Assembly: GCA_017447775.1 (NCBI GenBank)
Contig: JAFSMU010000009.1
Span: forward strand, 4,531 to 68,530
Direction: 5' to 3'
From: Clostridia bacterium
GTDB lineage: Bacteria > Bacillota > Clostridia > Oscillospirales > CAG-272
Length of the DNA: 64,000 bases
The position numbers and the translations under genes were made by a program. The notes below the pieces were generated by a model. That model saw only the letters and a list, made by a program, of their open reading frames with translations, searched no databases and was not told the DNA's origin. Position 1 is the stretch's first letter, and each line of letters opens with the position of its first letter. Positions 53,267-62,727 of this stretch are shown piece after piece.

Positions 53267-54694
53267 TCATAACGGTTTTACCCCGTCGGATTTCATTTTT
53301 TGCTTGCATTCGTACATCGCTTTGTCAGCGCGTCTGAATACTTCGTGAACGTCGGCGTCGGAATCCTTTTCAAATTCAGATAAGCCTATCGCGGCTGAAA
53401 TACGGCGCCACGGCTCCGCGCTCTCGTCGTTGTATTTTTCCATGATCAACGCTTTGAATTTTTCGACAAGCGCGCCTGCGTTTGCATAGTCTTCGTTTTT
53501 CAGTATGATAGCAAATTCATCTCCTCCGATGCGGAATACAGACGAATGCTTGAACGTGCCGCAGATAAGCGAGCTGAGTTCCGTTATCGCGACGTTGCCG
53601 CTCTCGTGGCCGTATGTGTCGTTTATGTATTTCAGGAAGTTAAGGTCGATCATCGCTATGGCAAACTTCGCGTCGCCGTTTTTGATCTGCCTTTCAAGAT
53701 CGTTCACTTCTCTGTCATACGCCGTCTTGTTGCGTACTCCAGTCAGCGCGTCCTTGTTGGCAAGCTCTTCCATTTCGCTTGCGACGTGCTTTGATATAGT
53801 CAGCTCTGTATTGACCGACAAAAGTTTAGAAATATGATCGTTTATATCTCTCTCCATCTGCTTCATCGAGTCGGAAAGAGTTGCGATCTCGTCCTTGCTT
53901 TTGATCTTTATCCTCGAGAAAACGTCATGGAACGTATGCGAATCGTTTTTGCAATAGCCCGTTGCCGCGTCTGAAAGCGCTTTCAGCGGCTTTATAAGTA
54001 TTCTGTCGACAATTATAACGCTTATGATGCAGATGATGACCATGGCGAGCGTCAAAAAGACGAAAAGGCGAAGAATGTAATCGAGCTGGCTCCTGTGGAC
54101 TTTCTCCATTGAAATGTCAGTGATCGCGTATCCGACGACGTTGCCGTCGTTATCGTGTATCGGCACGCCGGCCGTCATAAGCCAACCGTATTCGTCCGTA
54201 TTCGTAATGTACGCCGGGAGGCCTATCTCCGGATCCTTCAGCACCGGCTTGTTGATATCGTATACCGGGTCGATGCATCCCGGAGGGCAGGCGTCCTCAT
54301 ACGCCGCGTCGACAATGTACAAAAAAGCTTCTGCTTCCGTGTCGATATACGCGATGTAGATACAGTCAACGTCGTTGACGTCCTGAATTTTTCTGAGATC
54401 TTCTCTGAGGGAAATAAAATCCTCGCTCTTTTCAACGCCGTCATAAAGCGCAACGTACTCGTTGAAAGCGTCGCTTCCCCACTCCTCGCTGCCCACCTTG
54501 TTCTCGGCGGATCTGTAAATGTCAACGACCGCGTCTTTTACACGGATGACTTTTTCGACGTCAACGACCTGCGCCACTGTTTTCACAAGGTTTGTCGCGC
54601 GCAGGCGGAACTGCGTATCCGTATTGTTTGATATCACCCTTCCGCACAAAATGATCGCGTTTGAAATAAGCACCATGGCAAAAACGATGATCAT
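53267..54694 (-). CDS. Diguanylate cyclase with Cache-like sensor and HAMP-like linker
   Basis: RIGGDEF is intact and there is no RxxD I-site. The sensor contains GWLMTAGVPIHDNDGNVVGYAITDIS. The true start may be the ATT at 54727 (see findings). Confidence 0.82.
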   Translation of the reverse strand: MIIVFAMVLISNAIILCGRVISNNTDTQFRLRATNLVKTVAQVVDVEKVIRVKDAVVDIYRSAENKVGSEEWGSDAFNEYVALYDGVEKSEDFISLREDLRKIQDVNDVDCIYIAYIDTEAEAFLYIVDAAYEDACPPGCIDPVYDINKPVLKDPEIGLPAYITNTDEYGWLMTAGVPIHDNDGNVVGYAITDISMEKVHRSQLDYILRLFVFLTLAMVIICIISVIIVDRILIKPLKALSDAATGYCKNDSHTFHDVFSRIKIKSKDEIATLSDSMKQMERDINDHISKLLSVNTELTISKHVASEMEELANKDALTGVRNKTAYDREVNDLERQIKNGDAKFAIAMIDLNFLKYINDTYGHESGNVAITELSSLICGTFKHSSVFRIGGDEFAIILKNEDYANAGALVEKFKALIMEKYNDESAEPWRRISAAIGLSEFEKDSDADVHEVFRRADKAMYECKQKMKSDGVKPL

Positions 54695-55103
54695 GATGAC
54701 CGTCTTTTTCTTGATCGATAGTTTAATTTAAGTCTTTCCTCTTTTTAATGAAAAAAATTCTGAAAATATCCGCAACAAGCGCAAAAAACGCCGTATATCA
54801 TTGCCAACGGGCATAATAATACAGCGTATAAAAAGATAAAATTCATCCGTTTATTTAAGTGCGGGATATCCGCCGTTGCCGACGATGCTTTTAAATAAAA
54901 AAAGCAGTATCGCACGGCAAAGCAATACTGGCACAAAAAATGACAGATAAAAGTGCAACTGGCTGTCTATGTAAGACCCTATAGCTTTGCGTCGCCGGAT
55001 TGCTCCGGGTTTGCTAAATATTTAATTTTCCTTATTATACACCATACAGCAGTTTTTGTCAATATGTTTTGCGAAAAAGTGTCATTTTTTCTGAAAAAAC
55101 GAC

Positions 55104-55130
55104 AAAAAACACGCAAAAGCGTGTTTTTTG
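55104..55130. terminator. Bidirectional terminator after the GH3 gene
   Basis: AAAAAACACGC / loop AAAA / GCGTGTTTTTT. Confidence 0.75.
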
Positions 55131-55145
55131 TCGCTGAATTTCGCT

Positions 55146-57458
55146 TTATTCGACCCAAAGGATCATTTCAAGAGTGCGGCGCACGCACGACGCCATTTCG
55201 TCGCGCGAAATAAGTCCGGCCTTGTACGGTTCGATAAGTCTGCCCTCCTGGTTGCCCGGCATACGCACGTCGTCGCCCGCCTTTACCTCTTTGTAGTGTT
55301 CGGCGGTGTTTTCCCAGTCGGATGACACCATTCCGTCAAAGCCCCATTCACCGCGCAGAATACCCGTCAGAAGCTCCGCGTTTTCGGACGAATGAACGCC
55401 GTTGATGCGGTTGTATGACGACATTACCGTCTTTGGCAAGCCTTCTTTTACGCATATCTCAAAGCCGCGCAGGTAAATCTCGCGCAGAGCGCGCTCCGAT
55501 ACTATCGAGTTCGATTCAAGGCGGTTCGTTTCCTTGTTGTTGGCGGCAAAATGCTTCGGCGTTGCCGCAACTTTTTGCGATTGCGCTCCGCGCACTGCCG
55601 CCGCCGCCATTTTGCCCGATATGAGCGGATCCTCGGAGTAATACTCGAAGTTTCTTCCGCACAGGGGGCTGCGGTGGATGTTCAGCGCCGGCCCGAGCCA
55701 CACCTGAATGTTGTTTTCCTTACATTCGAGCGCTATCGCCTCGCCGATTTTTTCGGATAGCTCCGTATTCCAAGAGCTTGCTATCGCCGTCGGGATCGGG
55801 AACGCCGTCGGGCGCACGCCGCGCTGCCAATGCAGACGAAGTCCCGAGGGGCCGTCAGCCGTGGCTATGGGCATAACGCGGTATTTGAAAAGTCCGCCGA
55901 TGCACCCCGCGCTGACGCACGTTTCCGGCTTGCCGCAAAGCAAAACCATCAGCTCCTCATCGGACATCTGCGAGATAAAATCGTCAAGCGTCGCGCGCCC
56001 CTCGTCGACGTCGTAAAGCTCAATGACATTGTCGCGCGGCTTGTATTCGTTGTGATAATCGGGGGCAAATGTTTTCATCTCCCCTTTGCGCGGCAATACG
56101 TCGCGGTACGAACCGTTTGGCAGAAGCCTTTTTTCAAGCTCCGTCGGCGCGCAGTACGAGTTCAGTTTTTCAAGGATCACGTCATTATCAAGCGTGTAAG
56201 TAAAGTCGGCGCATACGACGTTTCGCACCGAGGTGCCGACGTAGAATTTGTACTCGCCGCTCTCAAGGACGTATGCGTTCATACAGACGTCGCCCGCGTC
56301 GTCATAGCTTTTTACCGCGCGCACGTCGAACATAAGATTTACCATCGCGCTCTTGCCGGGCTGAATTTCAGGCGTTTTTTTGAAAGCGACAAGCGAGATG
56401 CTCTCCCTCGGTATTCTTCCCTGCGGCGCCGAGCAGTAGACTTGAACGACCTCTTTTCCCGCTCGCTTGCCCGTGTTTTTGACGTCGACGCTGACAAATA
56501 TCTTGTTGCCGCCGCGCGCGAAGGTGATGTCGGTAAATTCAAACGTCGTGTAAGTCAGTCCGTGCCCGAATGGATAGACGACGCGCTCCTTTTTGCCCGG
56601 GAGCGTTTCAAAATATCTGTATCCGACAAAGATGTCCTCGGTGTATTTTACGTAGTCGTCCGACTCGAAAAACCCCGCCACCGCGGGATAATCGTCAAGC
56701 TTTTCGGCAAACGTATCGACAAGCTTGCCCGACGGCGCGTCGTCGCCAACGATCATATCGGCGGCGGCAAGTCCGCCCTCGATGCCGCCTTGCCACAAAA
56801 CTATCGCCGACTTTATCTTGCCGCACGATTTTATCCACGACGTGTCTATCACAGCGCCGATATTGAGCAGTACGACGACGTTTTCAAAGTTTTCGAGAAC
56901 GTCGACTATCATCTCGCGCTCGCCGTCTTCAAGATCAAAGTAACGGCGCTCGCCGTCGTTATGTCGGTCAAATCCCTCGCCCGAATGGCGGCAGATAGTA
57001 ATTATCGCGGTATCGGTAAACTCCGCCGCGGCGCGCAAAAGCTCGCGCGGGATCTCAGGCTCAGAGAGCATCCCGCTCCGCTCGCCCGATTTCAGCGCAT
57101 TTACAACGAAGTCAGTATAGAACAGCGAAAGCGAGTCGAACACGTCGACCTTGCCCTGCTTCATTTTAAGCCCCTCGTATATGTTTCTGACGTATGCGGT
57201 ATGCACCCCTCCCGAGCCGCTGCCGCCCTTGATATAATCTATCTGCGCCTTGCCGAAAACGGCAACCTTTTTTCCTTTTTCAAGCGGCAGAAAACCGCCG
57301 TCGTTTTTAAGCAGTACCGCCCCCTCGCACGCGGCGCGGCGCGAAAGCTCCGTATGCCTGTCGCATCCCGTGATCGCCGAGCGGTTGTCGCCAAGCGGCA
57401 AAACGGGGATAAAGCGCGAGCGAAGCCATTTTTCTTCCGGATTGTGTATATAGCCCAT
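55146..57458 (-). CDS. GH3 beta-glucosidase/glycosidase with reversed (circularly permuted) domain order
   Basis: ATG 57458, 6 nt after GGAG. The alpha/beta-sandwich (LLKNDGGFLPL) and PFGHGLTYTTF/FnIII-like parts come first. The TIM barrel (KHFAANNKE, GFDGMVSSDW nucleophile motif) is C-terminal. Confidence 0.85.
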   Translation of the reverse strand: MGYIHNPEEKWLRSRFIPVLPLGDNRSAITGCDRHTELSRRAACEGAVLLKNDGGFLPLEKGKKVAVFGKAQIDYIKGGSGSGGVHTAYVRNIYEGLKMKQGKVDVFDSLSLFYTDFVVNALKSGERSGMLSEPEIPRELLRAAAEFTDTAIITICRHSGEGFDRHNDGERRYFDLEDGEREMIVDVLENFENVVVLLNIGAVIDTSWIKSCGKIKSAIVLWQGGIEGGLAAADMIVGDDAPSGKLVDTFAEKLDDYPAVAGFFESDDYVKYTEDIFVGYRYFETLPGKKERVVYPFGHGLTYTTFEFTDITFARGGNKIFVSVDVKNTGKRAGKEVVQVYCSAPQGRIPRESISLVAFKKTPEIQPGKSAMVNLMFDVRAVKSYDDAGDVCMNAYVLESGEYKFYVGTSVRNVVCADFTYTLDNDVILEKLNSYCAPTELEKRLLPNGSYRDVLPRKGEMKTFAPDYHNEYKPRDNVIELYDVDEGRATLDDFISQMSDEELMVLLCGKPETCVSAGCIGGLFKYRVMPIATADGPSGLRLHWQRGVRPTAFPIPTAIASSWNTELSEKIGEAIALECKENNIQVWLGPALNIHRSPLCGRNFEYYSEDPLISGKMAAAAVRGAQSQKVAATPKHFAANNKETNRLESNSIVSERALREIYLRGFEICVKEGLPKTVMSSYNRINGVHSSENAELLTGILRGEWGFDGMVSSDWENTAEHYKEVKAGDDVRMPGNQEGRLIEPYKAGLISRDEMASCVRRTLEMILWVE

Positions 57459-57532
57459 ATTTAGCTCCAAAGACGTTGATTTTATGCCAATTATAGCATA
57501 TTTGATTTATTTTTACAATAATTTTGCGTCAA

Positions 57533-57558
57533 AAAAAGCAGGCCGAGCCTGCTTTTTT
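57533..57558. terminator. Bidirectional terminator after cstA
   Basis: AAAAAAAGCAGGC / loop CGA / GCCTGCTTTTTT. Confidence 0.8.
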
Positions 57559-57560
57559 AT

Positions 57561-59003
57561 TTATATTTCCGTTTTTCTCGCTCTTTTGATCTGGAAATAT
57601 CCGTAAACGCCAAGCAGTATTGCGGCAACGACGGCGCCGATGATATAAGAAACGGTACGGTCAAGCCTCAATCCCTCGTCAGCCATAAGGATATAAGTTG
57701 TGCTGACCGCCGTCATAAACGTCGCCGGGAGCGCCGTCAAAAGCGCGCCGAAGCGGTATTTCCCTTTTTTGAGCAGATATGCCGTGGCTACCCAAAGCGC
57801 GATCATCGCAAGCGTCTGGTTGCTCCACGAGAAGTAACGCCAGACCGTCTGGAAGCCGTTGTCGTTTGAAATGGCAAACCACGTGAGCAGTCCGCCGACA
57901 ACAAGGAGAGGTATCGTTATGTATAGGCGGTTTACAAGCTTTTTCTGGTCGAGTTTGAACGTTTCGGCAAGGATAAGTCTTGCGCTGCGGAACGCCGTGT
58001 CGCCCGACGTGATCGGGCAAATTATAACTCCCGCGACGGCGAGTATGCCGCCGAAAGTGCCGAGGACTCCCGTCGATATTTCATACACCACGTTTGACGC
58101 GCCGTTTGCCAAAGCGTCGCTGAGGAGCTGAGTCGTGCCGTAGAACGCAACGCCCGCCGCCGCCCACACAAGAGCAATGACGGATTCGCTTATCATCGCG
58201 CCGTAGAAAACTTTTCTGCCCGCTTTTTCGGACTTTATGCATTTTGCTATCATTGGCGACTGCGTAGCGTGGAATCCCGAAACAGCGCCGCACGCAACGG
58301 TGATGAACATATACGGCCACACGGGCGTGCCTTTGGGGTGAAGGTTTTCAAGCGATATCTCGGGGATGGTGTATTTGCCGCCCGAGAACAGTATCCCGCC
58401 GATAACTGCGCCCGCCATAATGATAAGCAATACGCCGAAAACGGGATAGAGCTTCCCTATCAGCTTATCTATCGGCAAAAGCGTCGCAAGCAGATAATAT
58501 ACGAGGATGACTATCGCCCAGAACGTGCCGTTCATCCAGTCGGGAGTCAGCTTGTCGAGCAGTCCCGCGGGGCTTGTTACGAACACCGTTCCGCACAAAA
58601 CAAGCAGTACGACGGAAAATATCCGCATAATGACCTTCGCCACTTTGCCAAGGTACGTGCCGGAAAGCTCCGCTATCGAGGCGCCGTCGTGACGTAGGCT
58701 GATCATGCCGCACATATAGTCGTGAACAGCGCCGCCGAGGATCGAGCCAAGCACTATCCACAAAAAGACGACCGGCCCGAAAACCGCGCCCATAAGCGCG
58801 CCGAAGATCGGCCCTGTTCCGGCTATGTTCAGGAGTTGGATCAAAAATGCCTTCCACGTCTTCATCGGAACGAAGTCAACGCCGTCCTCTTTTGTAAGTG
58901 CGGGAGTTTGCCTGTCGTCCGGGGCGAATATTTTTTCCGTCACTTTGCCATAGACAAGGTATCCGACGATAAGCACCGCAAATGAAATAAACAATGAGAT
59001 CAT
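57561..59003 (-). CDS. cstA: Carbon starvation protein A family peptide/pyruvate transporter
   Basis: 480-aa polytopic membrane protein. The N-terminus (VYGKVTEKIF...QLLNIAGTGPIFGA) is typical of CstA. Confidence 0.88.
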   Translation of the reverse strand: MISLFISFAVLIVGYLVYGKVTEKIFAPDDRQTPALTKEDGVDFVPMKTWKAFLIQLLNIAGTGPIFGALMGAVFGPVVFLWIVLGSILGGAVHDYMCGMISLRHDGASIAELSGTYLGKVAKVIMRIFSVVLLVLCGTVFVTSPAGLLDKLTPDWMNGTFWAIVILVYYLLATLLPIDKLIGKLYPVFGVLLIIMAGAVIGGILFSGGKYTIPEISLENLHPKGTPVWPYMFITVACGAVSGFHATQSPMIAKCIKSEKAGRKVFYGAMISESVIALVWAAAGVAFYGTTQLLSDALANGASNVVYEISTGVLGTFGGILAVAGVIICPITSGDTAFRSARLILAETFKLDQKKLVNRLYITIPLLVVGGLLTWFAISNDNGFQTVWRYFSWSNQTLAMIALWVATAYLLKKGKYRFGALLTALPATFMTAVSTTYILMADEGLRLDRTVSYIIGAVVAAILLGVYGYFQIKRARKTEI

Positions 59004-59127
59004 AACTTTCCATTTGTCCTTCTTTATCTGAAATGTCTTTTTATATTATACCAACTTACCCCCGTATTTGTCAAGCCGACGACGCAAAAACAGCCGATTC
59101 TTTATTTTTTCTGTTCCGCATTTGCGG

Positions 59128-59161
59128 AATAAAAATAAGCGGACGCATAAAGCGTCCACTT
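59128..59161 (-). terminator. Terminator after tRNA-Ser
   Basis: Stem AAGTGGACGC/GCGTCCGCTT, followed on the minus strand by ATTTTTATT. Confidence 0.6.
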
Positions 59162-59165
59162 ATCG

Positions 59166-59254
59166 TGGCGCAGGTAGAGGGATTCGAACCCCCGTGGGAT
59201 TGCTCCCAAACGGTTTTCAAGACCGCCTCGTTATGACCACTTCGATATACCTGC
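59166..59254 (-). tRNA. tRNA-Ser (anticodon UGA), class II with long variable arm, CCA encoded
   Basis: Minus-strand read: GCAGGTA...TACCTGC-G-CCA acceptor, anticodon loop CT-TGA-AA, T-arm GGGGGTTCGAATCCCTC. Length 89 nt. Confidence 0.9.
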
Positions 59255-59274
59255 AAATTATCGTCGGCCTAAAT

Positions 59275-59303
59275 ATAATATCACAGACGAGCGATTTTGT
59301 CAA
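59275..59303 (-). promoter_or_regulatory. Consensus promoter TTGACA-17-(TGa)TATTAT driving tRNA-Ser
   Basis: On the minus strand: -35 at 59298-59303, 17-nt spacer ending in TGA (extended -10), -10 at 59275-59280. Lies 20 nt upstream of the tRNA 5' end. Confidence 0.65.
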
Positions 59304-59357
59304 CATTTTTGAAGAAAAATAATAATATATAAAAAGCAATATTTTGGCGGTGTCAAT

Positions 59358-59555
59358 GTGAAAAAAATCACAAATCAGGCAGTTTTGAAGTATGCGGGCA
59401 AATCCATTCTTTCAAATATCGTTACGGCTGAAATCCGCGGCGATAACAGCGGATGCCGCTTTGTTTGCGGCGAAGTTAAAGTCGCCATAAGAAAAGAAGA
59501 TGAAAAGCGTTATACGTATTCCGTCACATCCGAGTGCAAAGCGAGCGATAAGTAA
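59358..59555 (+). CDS. Hypothetical 65-aa protein
   Basis: GTG-start ORF followed directly by a strong terminator. No motif recognised. Confidence 0.3.
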   Translation: MKKITNQAVLKYAGKSILSNIVTAEIRGDNSGCRFVCGEVKVAIRKEDEKRYTYSVTSECKASDK

Positions 59556-59585
59556 AAAAAGGCTCCCAAGCGGGAGCCTTTTTTA
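59554..59585. terminator. Bidirectional terminator (ends the typA-asnA unit)
   Basis: AAAAAAAGGCTCCC / loop AAGC / GGGAGCCTTTTTT. Confidence 0.85.
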
Positions 59586-59586
59586 C

Positions 59587-60591
59587 TTACAAAAGTATCA
59601 CGCCGGCGTCATTGCAGATGCGCTTTGTTTCATCGTCCCAGACGGACGACTGAACCTCGCCGATGTGCGCTTTTTCAAGCAGCAGCATCGAAAGTCTCGA
59701 CTGACCGATGCCGCCGCCGATAGTGTACGGAAGCTCGCCGTCAAGCAGCATTTTATGGAATTTCATTTTGCGTCTTTCCTCAGCATTCGCTTCTTTGAGC
59801 TGGCGCTCAAGCGATTCGGGAGATACGCGTATACCCATTGATGACACCTCAAACGCGCAGTCAAGCACCTCGTTCCAGAACATGATGTCGCCGTTCAGCT
59901 CCCAGTCGTCGTAGTCGGGGGCGCGCCCGTCGTGCACTTTCCCCGAGCGGAGCTTTTTGCCGATCTGCATGATAAACGCCGTTTTATGCTCGCGCAAAAA
60001 CTCATTCTCGCGCTCTTTGGGCGTTTTGTCGGGGTACATATCTTCAAGCTCCTGCGACGTTATAAAAGTGACGTTGCGCGAATGCGTATATGAAAGCGGG
60101 AACTTTTCGTTCAGCACTTCTTCCGTGTCGCATATCGCGTTGACAATTTTCACAACGGTGTCTTTGAGATACGCCGTTGTTCTCTGCTCTTTTGAAATGA
60201 CCTTTTCCCAGTCCCACTGGTCGACGTAGATCGAGTGAAGGTTATCCATTTCTTCGTCGCGCCTGATGGCGTTCATATCGGTATAAATGCCCTCGCCGAC
60301 GGGAAAGCCGTAAACGTGAAGCGCCATCCTCTTCCACTTTGCAAGCGAATGAACAACGGCGGCTGTCTTGCCCGTTTCCTTTATATCAAACGTAACGGCG
60401 CGCTCAACTCCGTTCAAGTCGTCGTTGAGTCCCGTTTCAGGCTCGACGAAAAGCGGCGCCGAAACGCGGATAAGATCAAGCGCGTCGCCCAGCTTTTTCT
60501 CGAACACATCGTGAATGACGCATATCGCGGCCTGCGTCTGATACAGTCCGAGCGGACTTTTGTACCCTTGCGGAATGAATGTTTTGCTCAT
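59587..60591 (-). CDS. asnA: Aspartate--ammonia ligase (asparagine synthetase A)
   Basis: Full-length AsnA pattern (RVSAPLFV, TGLNDDLNG, class-II aaRS-like core). 334 aa. Confidence 0.92.
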   Translation of the reverse strand: MSKTFIPQGYKSPLGLYQTQAAICVIHDVFEKKLGDALDLIRVSAPLFVEPETGLNDDLNGVERAVTFDIKETGKTAAVVHSLAKWKRMALHVYGFPVGEGIYTDMNAIRRDEEMDNLHSIYVDQWDWEKVISKEQRTTAYLKDTVVKIVNAICDTEEVLNEKFPLSYTHSRNVTFITSQELEDMYPDKTPKERENEFLREHKTAFIMQIGKKLRSGKVHDGRAPDYDDWELNGDIMFWNEVLDCAFEVSSMGIRVSPESLERQLKEANAEERRKMKFHKMLLDGELPYTIGGGIGQSRLSMLLLEKAHIGEVQSSVWDDETKRICNDAGVILL

Positions 60592-60603
60592 ATTAATCTC
60601 CGA

Positions 60604-62469
60604 TCAAAGATTGCCGGCTTCTTTTTTGAGCTTGCCCGCCAGCTTATAGCGAAGCTCGTTTGAAAGGATGCGCTTGCGAAGTCTGATCGACTTCGGTGTA
60701 ACCTCGATAAGCTCGTCGTCGGCGATAAATTCTATCGCTTCTTCAAGGCTCATTATCTTCGGAGTGATAAGCGTCAGCGCTTCGTCAGCGCCCGTCGATC
60801 TTACGGCGGTAAGATGTTTTTCCTTGCAGACGTTGACGGCTATATCGCCGAGCTTCGGGTTTTCGCCGACGATCATGCCCTCGTAAACGCGGCACTGCTT
60901 ACCGATAAACATAACGCCGCGGTCCTGCGCGTTGAACACGCCGTATGAAGTCGACTCGCCCGCCTCGGACGCGACAAGCGATCCGGTGAAGCGGCGCACG
61001 ATCTCGCCCTTGTACGGCTGGTAAGAGTCGAATATCGAGTTGAGTATGCCCTCGCCGCGCGTGTCGGTGAGAAATTCACTGCGGTAGCCGAACAGGCAGC
61101 GCGTCGGGATGAGGTATTCTATCCTCATACGACTGCCGTGCGGGTTCATATTTATAAGGTCGCCGCGGCGCGCGCTGAGCTTTTCGACAACGGTGCCGGA
61201 GCTTTCCTGCGGAACGTCGATCTCAACTCTCTCGACAGGCTCGCACATAACGCCGTCGATCTCTTTATACAAAACGCGCGGAGTGCTAACGCAAAGCTCA
61301 AAACCCTCGCGGCGCATCGTTTCGATAAGAATGGAAAGGTGCATCTCGCCGCGGCCCGCAACTTTGAAGCTGTCAGTCGTTTCCCCGTCGGAAACACGGA
61401 GCGAAACGTCTTTGAGAAGCTCTTTATAAAGTCTGTCGCGGAGCTGGCGCGAGGTAACGTACTTGCCCTCCTGCCCCGCAAAAGGCCCGTCGTTGACGGA
61501 GAACGTCATTTCCATTGTCGGCTCGCTGACCTTGACGAATTCAAGCGGTTCAACGCAGTCGACCGCCGTTATCGTGTCGCCTATCGTGATATTTTCAGCG
61601 CCCGAGAAGCAAATAATGTCGCCCATTTTCGCCTCTGTAACAGGAACGCGGGAAAGGCCGTCGATCTGGCTGATGCTGACGATCTTCGTCTTTTTCGGCG
61701 CTTTGTCCTTGTCATGGAAGTTACAGATCATCGCATCCTGATTGACGCGCATAACGCCGCGCTCGATGCGCCCGATACCTATACGCCCGACGTAGTCGTT
61801 GTAGTCGATGGACGAAACAAGCATTTGAAGCGGGCCGTTTTCGTCGCCCTCGGGCGCGGGGATATATTCGAGAATAGTATCGAAAAGAGGTTTAAGATCG
61901 GTTCCCGGCGTGTGCGGATCGTATGACGCCGTGCCCGCCCTGCCGGAGCACCAAAGCATCGGCGAATCAAGCTGTTCGTCGGTCGCGTCAAGTTCAAGCA
62001 GTAGCTCAAGTATCTCGTCGCCGACCTCGTCAAGACGCGCGTCGGGGCGGTCTATCTTGTTTACAACGACGATAACGGGGTGGTTCAGTTCAAGCGCGCG
62101 TTGAAGCACAAAGCGCGTCTGCGGCATCGGACCTTCCGCCGCGTCGACAAGCAGGATAACGCCGTTTACCATTTTGAGTATGCGCTCTACCTCGCCGCCG
62201 AAGTCAGCGTGTCCCGGAGTATCGACAATATTTATTTTTACGCCTTTATAGTGTACGGCGGTGTTTTTTGCAAGTATCGTGATGCCGCGCTCGCGTTCAA
62301 GCGCGTTTGAGTCCATCACGCGCTCTTCCGTCGCCTGATTGTCTCTGTATATGCCGCCTTGCTTTAACATTTCGTCGACAAGCGTCGTTTTGCCGTGGTC
62401 AACGTGCGCGATTATCGCAACGTTTCTTAAATCTTCTCTTTTCAATGTACTTCCCTTTCTTTCGGTCAT
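60604..62469 (-). CDS. typA: Translational GTPase TypA/BipA
   Basis: Contains [29 protein letters not shown] and NKIDR, with a BipA-type C-terminus. Confidence 0.95.
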   Translation of the reverse strand: MTERKGSTLKREDLRNVAIIAHVDHGKTTLVDEMLKQGGIYRDNQATEERVMDSNALERERGITILAKNTAVHYKGVKINIVDTPGHADFGGEVERILKMVNGVILLVDAAEGPMPQTRFVLQRALELNHPVIVVVNKIDRPDARLDEVGDEILELLLELDATDEQLDSPMLWCSGRAGTASYDPHTPGTDLKPLFDTILEYIPAPEGDENGPLQMLVSSIDYNDYVGRIGIGRIERGVMRVNQDAMICNFHDKDKAPKKTKIVSISQIDGLSRVPVTEAKMGDIICFSGAENITIGDTITAVDCVEPLEFVKVSEPTMEMTFSVNDGPFAGQEGKYVTSRQLRDRLYKELLKDVSLRVSDGETTDSFKVAGRGEMHLSILIETMRREGFELCVSTPRVLYKEIDGVMCEPVERVEIDVPQESSGTVVEKLSARRGDLINMNPHGSRMRIEYLIPTRCLFGYRSEFLTDTRGEGILNSIFDSYQPYKGEIVRRFTGSLVASEAGESTSYGVFNAQDRGVMFIGKQCRVYEGMIVGENPKLGDIAVNVCKEKHLTAVRSTGADEALTLITPKIMSLEEAIEFIADDELIEVTPKSIRLRKRILSNELRYKLAGKLKKEAGNL

Positions 62470-62655
62470 AATTATTTATCAACAAAAAGTTATTTTATCA
62501 CAAAAAATGGAAATTGAAAAGGGTTTTCGGCAAAAAAATAGTGCGATTTTATAATTTTTTTCAATTTTTTTGCATTTTTTTATCAAGGCGCGCCGTAAAA
62601 CGCGAAAAAGACGACAAATTTGCGGATCGTTTCACCTTTTCAGCGCCGTCGGATA

Positions 62656-62699
62656 ACAAAAAATCAGCCGATGCAAAACATTCGCTTTGCATCGGCTGA
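62656..62699 (-). terminator. Rho-independent terminator after guaB
   Basis: 14-bp stem TCAGCCGATGCAAA/TTTGCATCGGCTGA, followed on the minus strand by TTTTTTG. Confidence 0.8.
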
Positions 62700-62727
62700 A
62701 ATTCACATATTCACATATTTCTATTTG

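Noticed and set aside
55830-57464. A 544-aa plus-strand ORF antisense to the GH3 gene, together with similar long antisense ORFs at 5061..5864, 12760..13422, 18313..19011, 49866..50738, 51766..52392 and 61138..61926.
   Set aside because: Each overlaps a gene on the opposite strand that has clear family motifs. The antisense products are Arg-rich with no motifs and no SD, so I treat them as shadow ORFs.
59100-59360. tRNA-Ser as a genomic-island integration site or boundary of the fibre cluster.
   Set aside because: No integrase or recombinase gene, no partial tRNA direct repeat and no mobility genes were seen anywhere in the window. The tRNA has its own consensus promoter and terminator and looks like an ordinary solitary tRNA gene.
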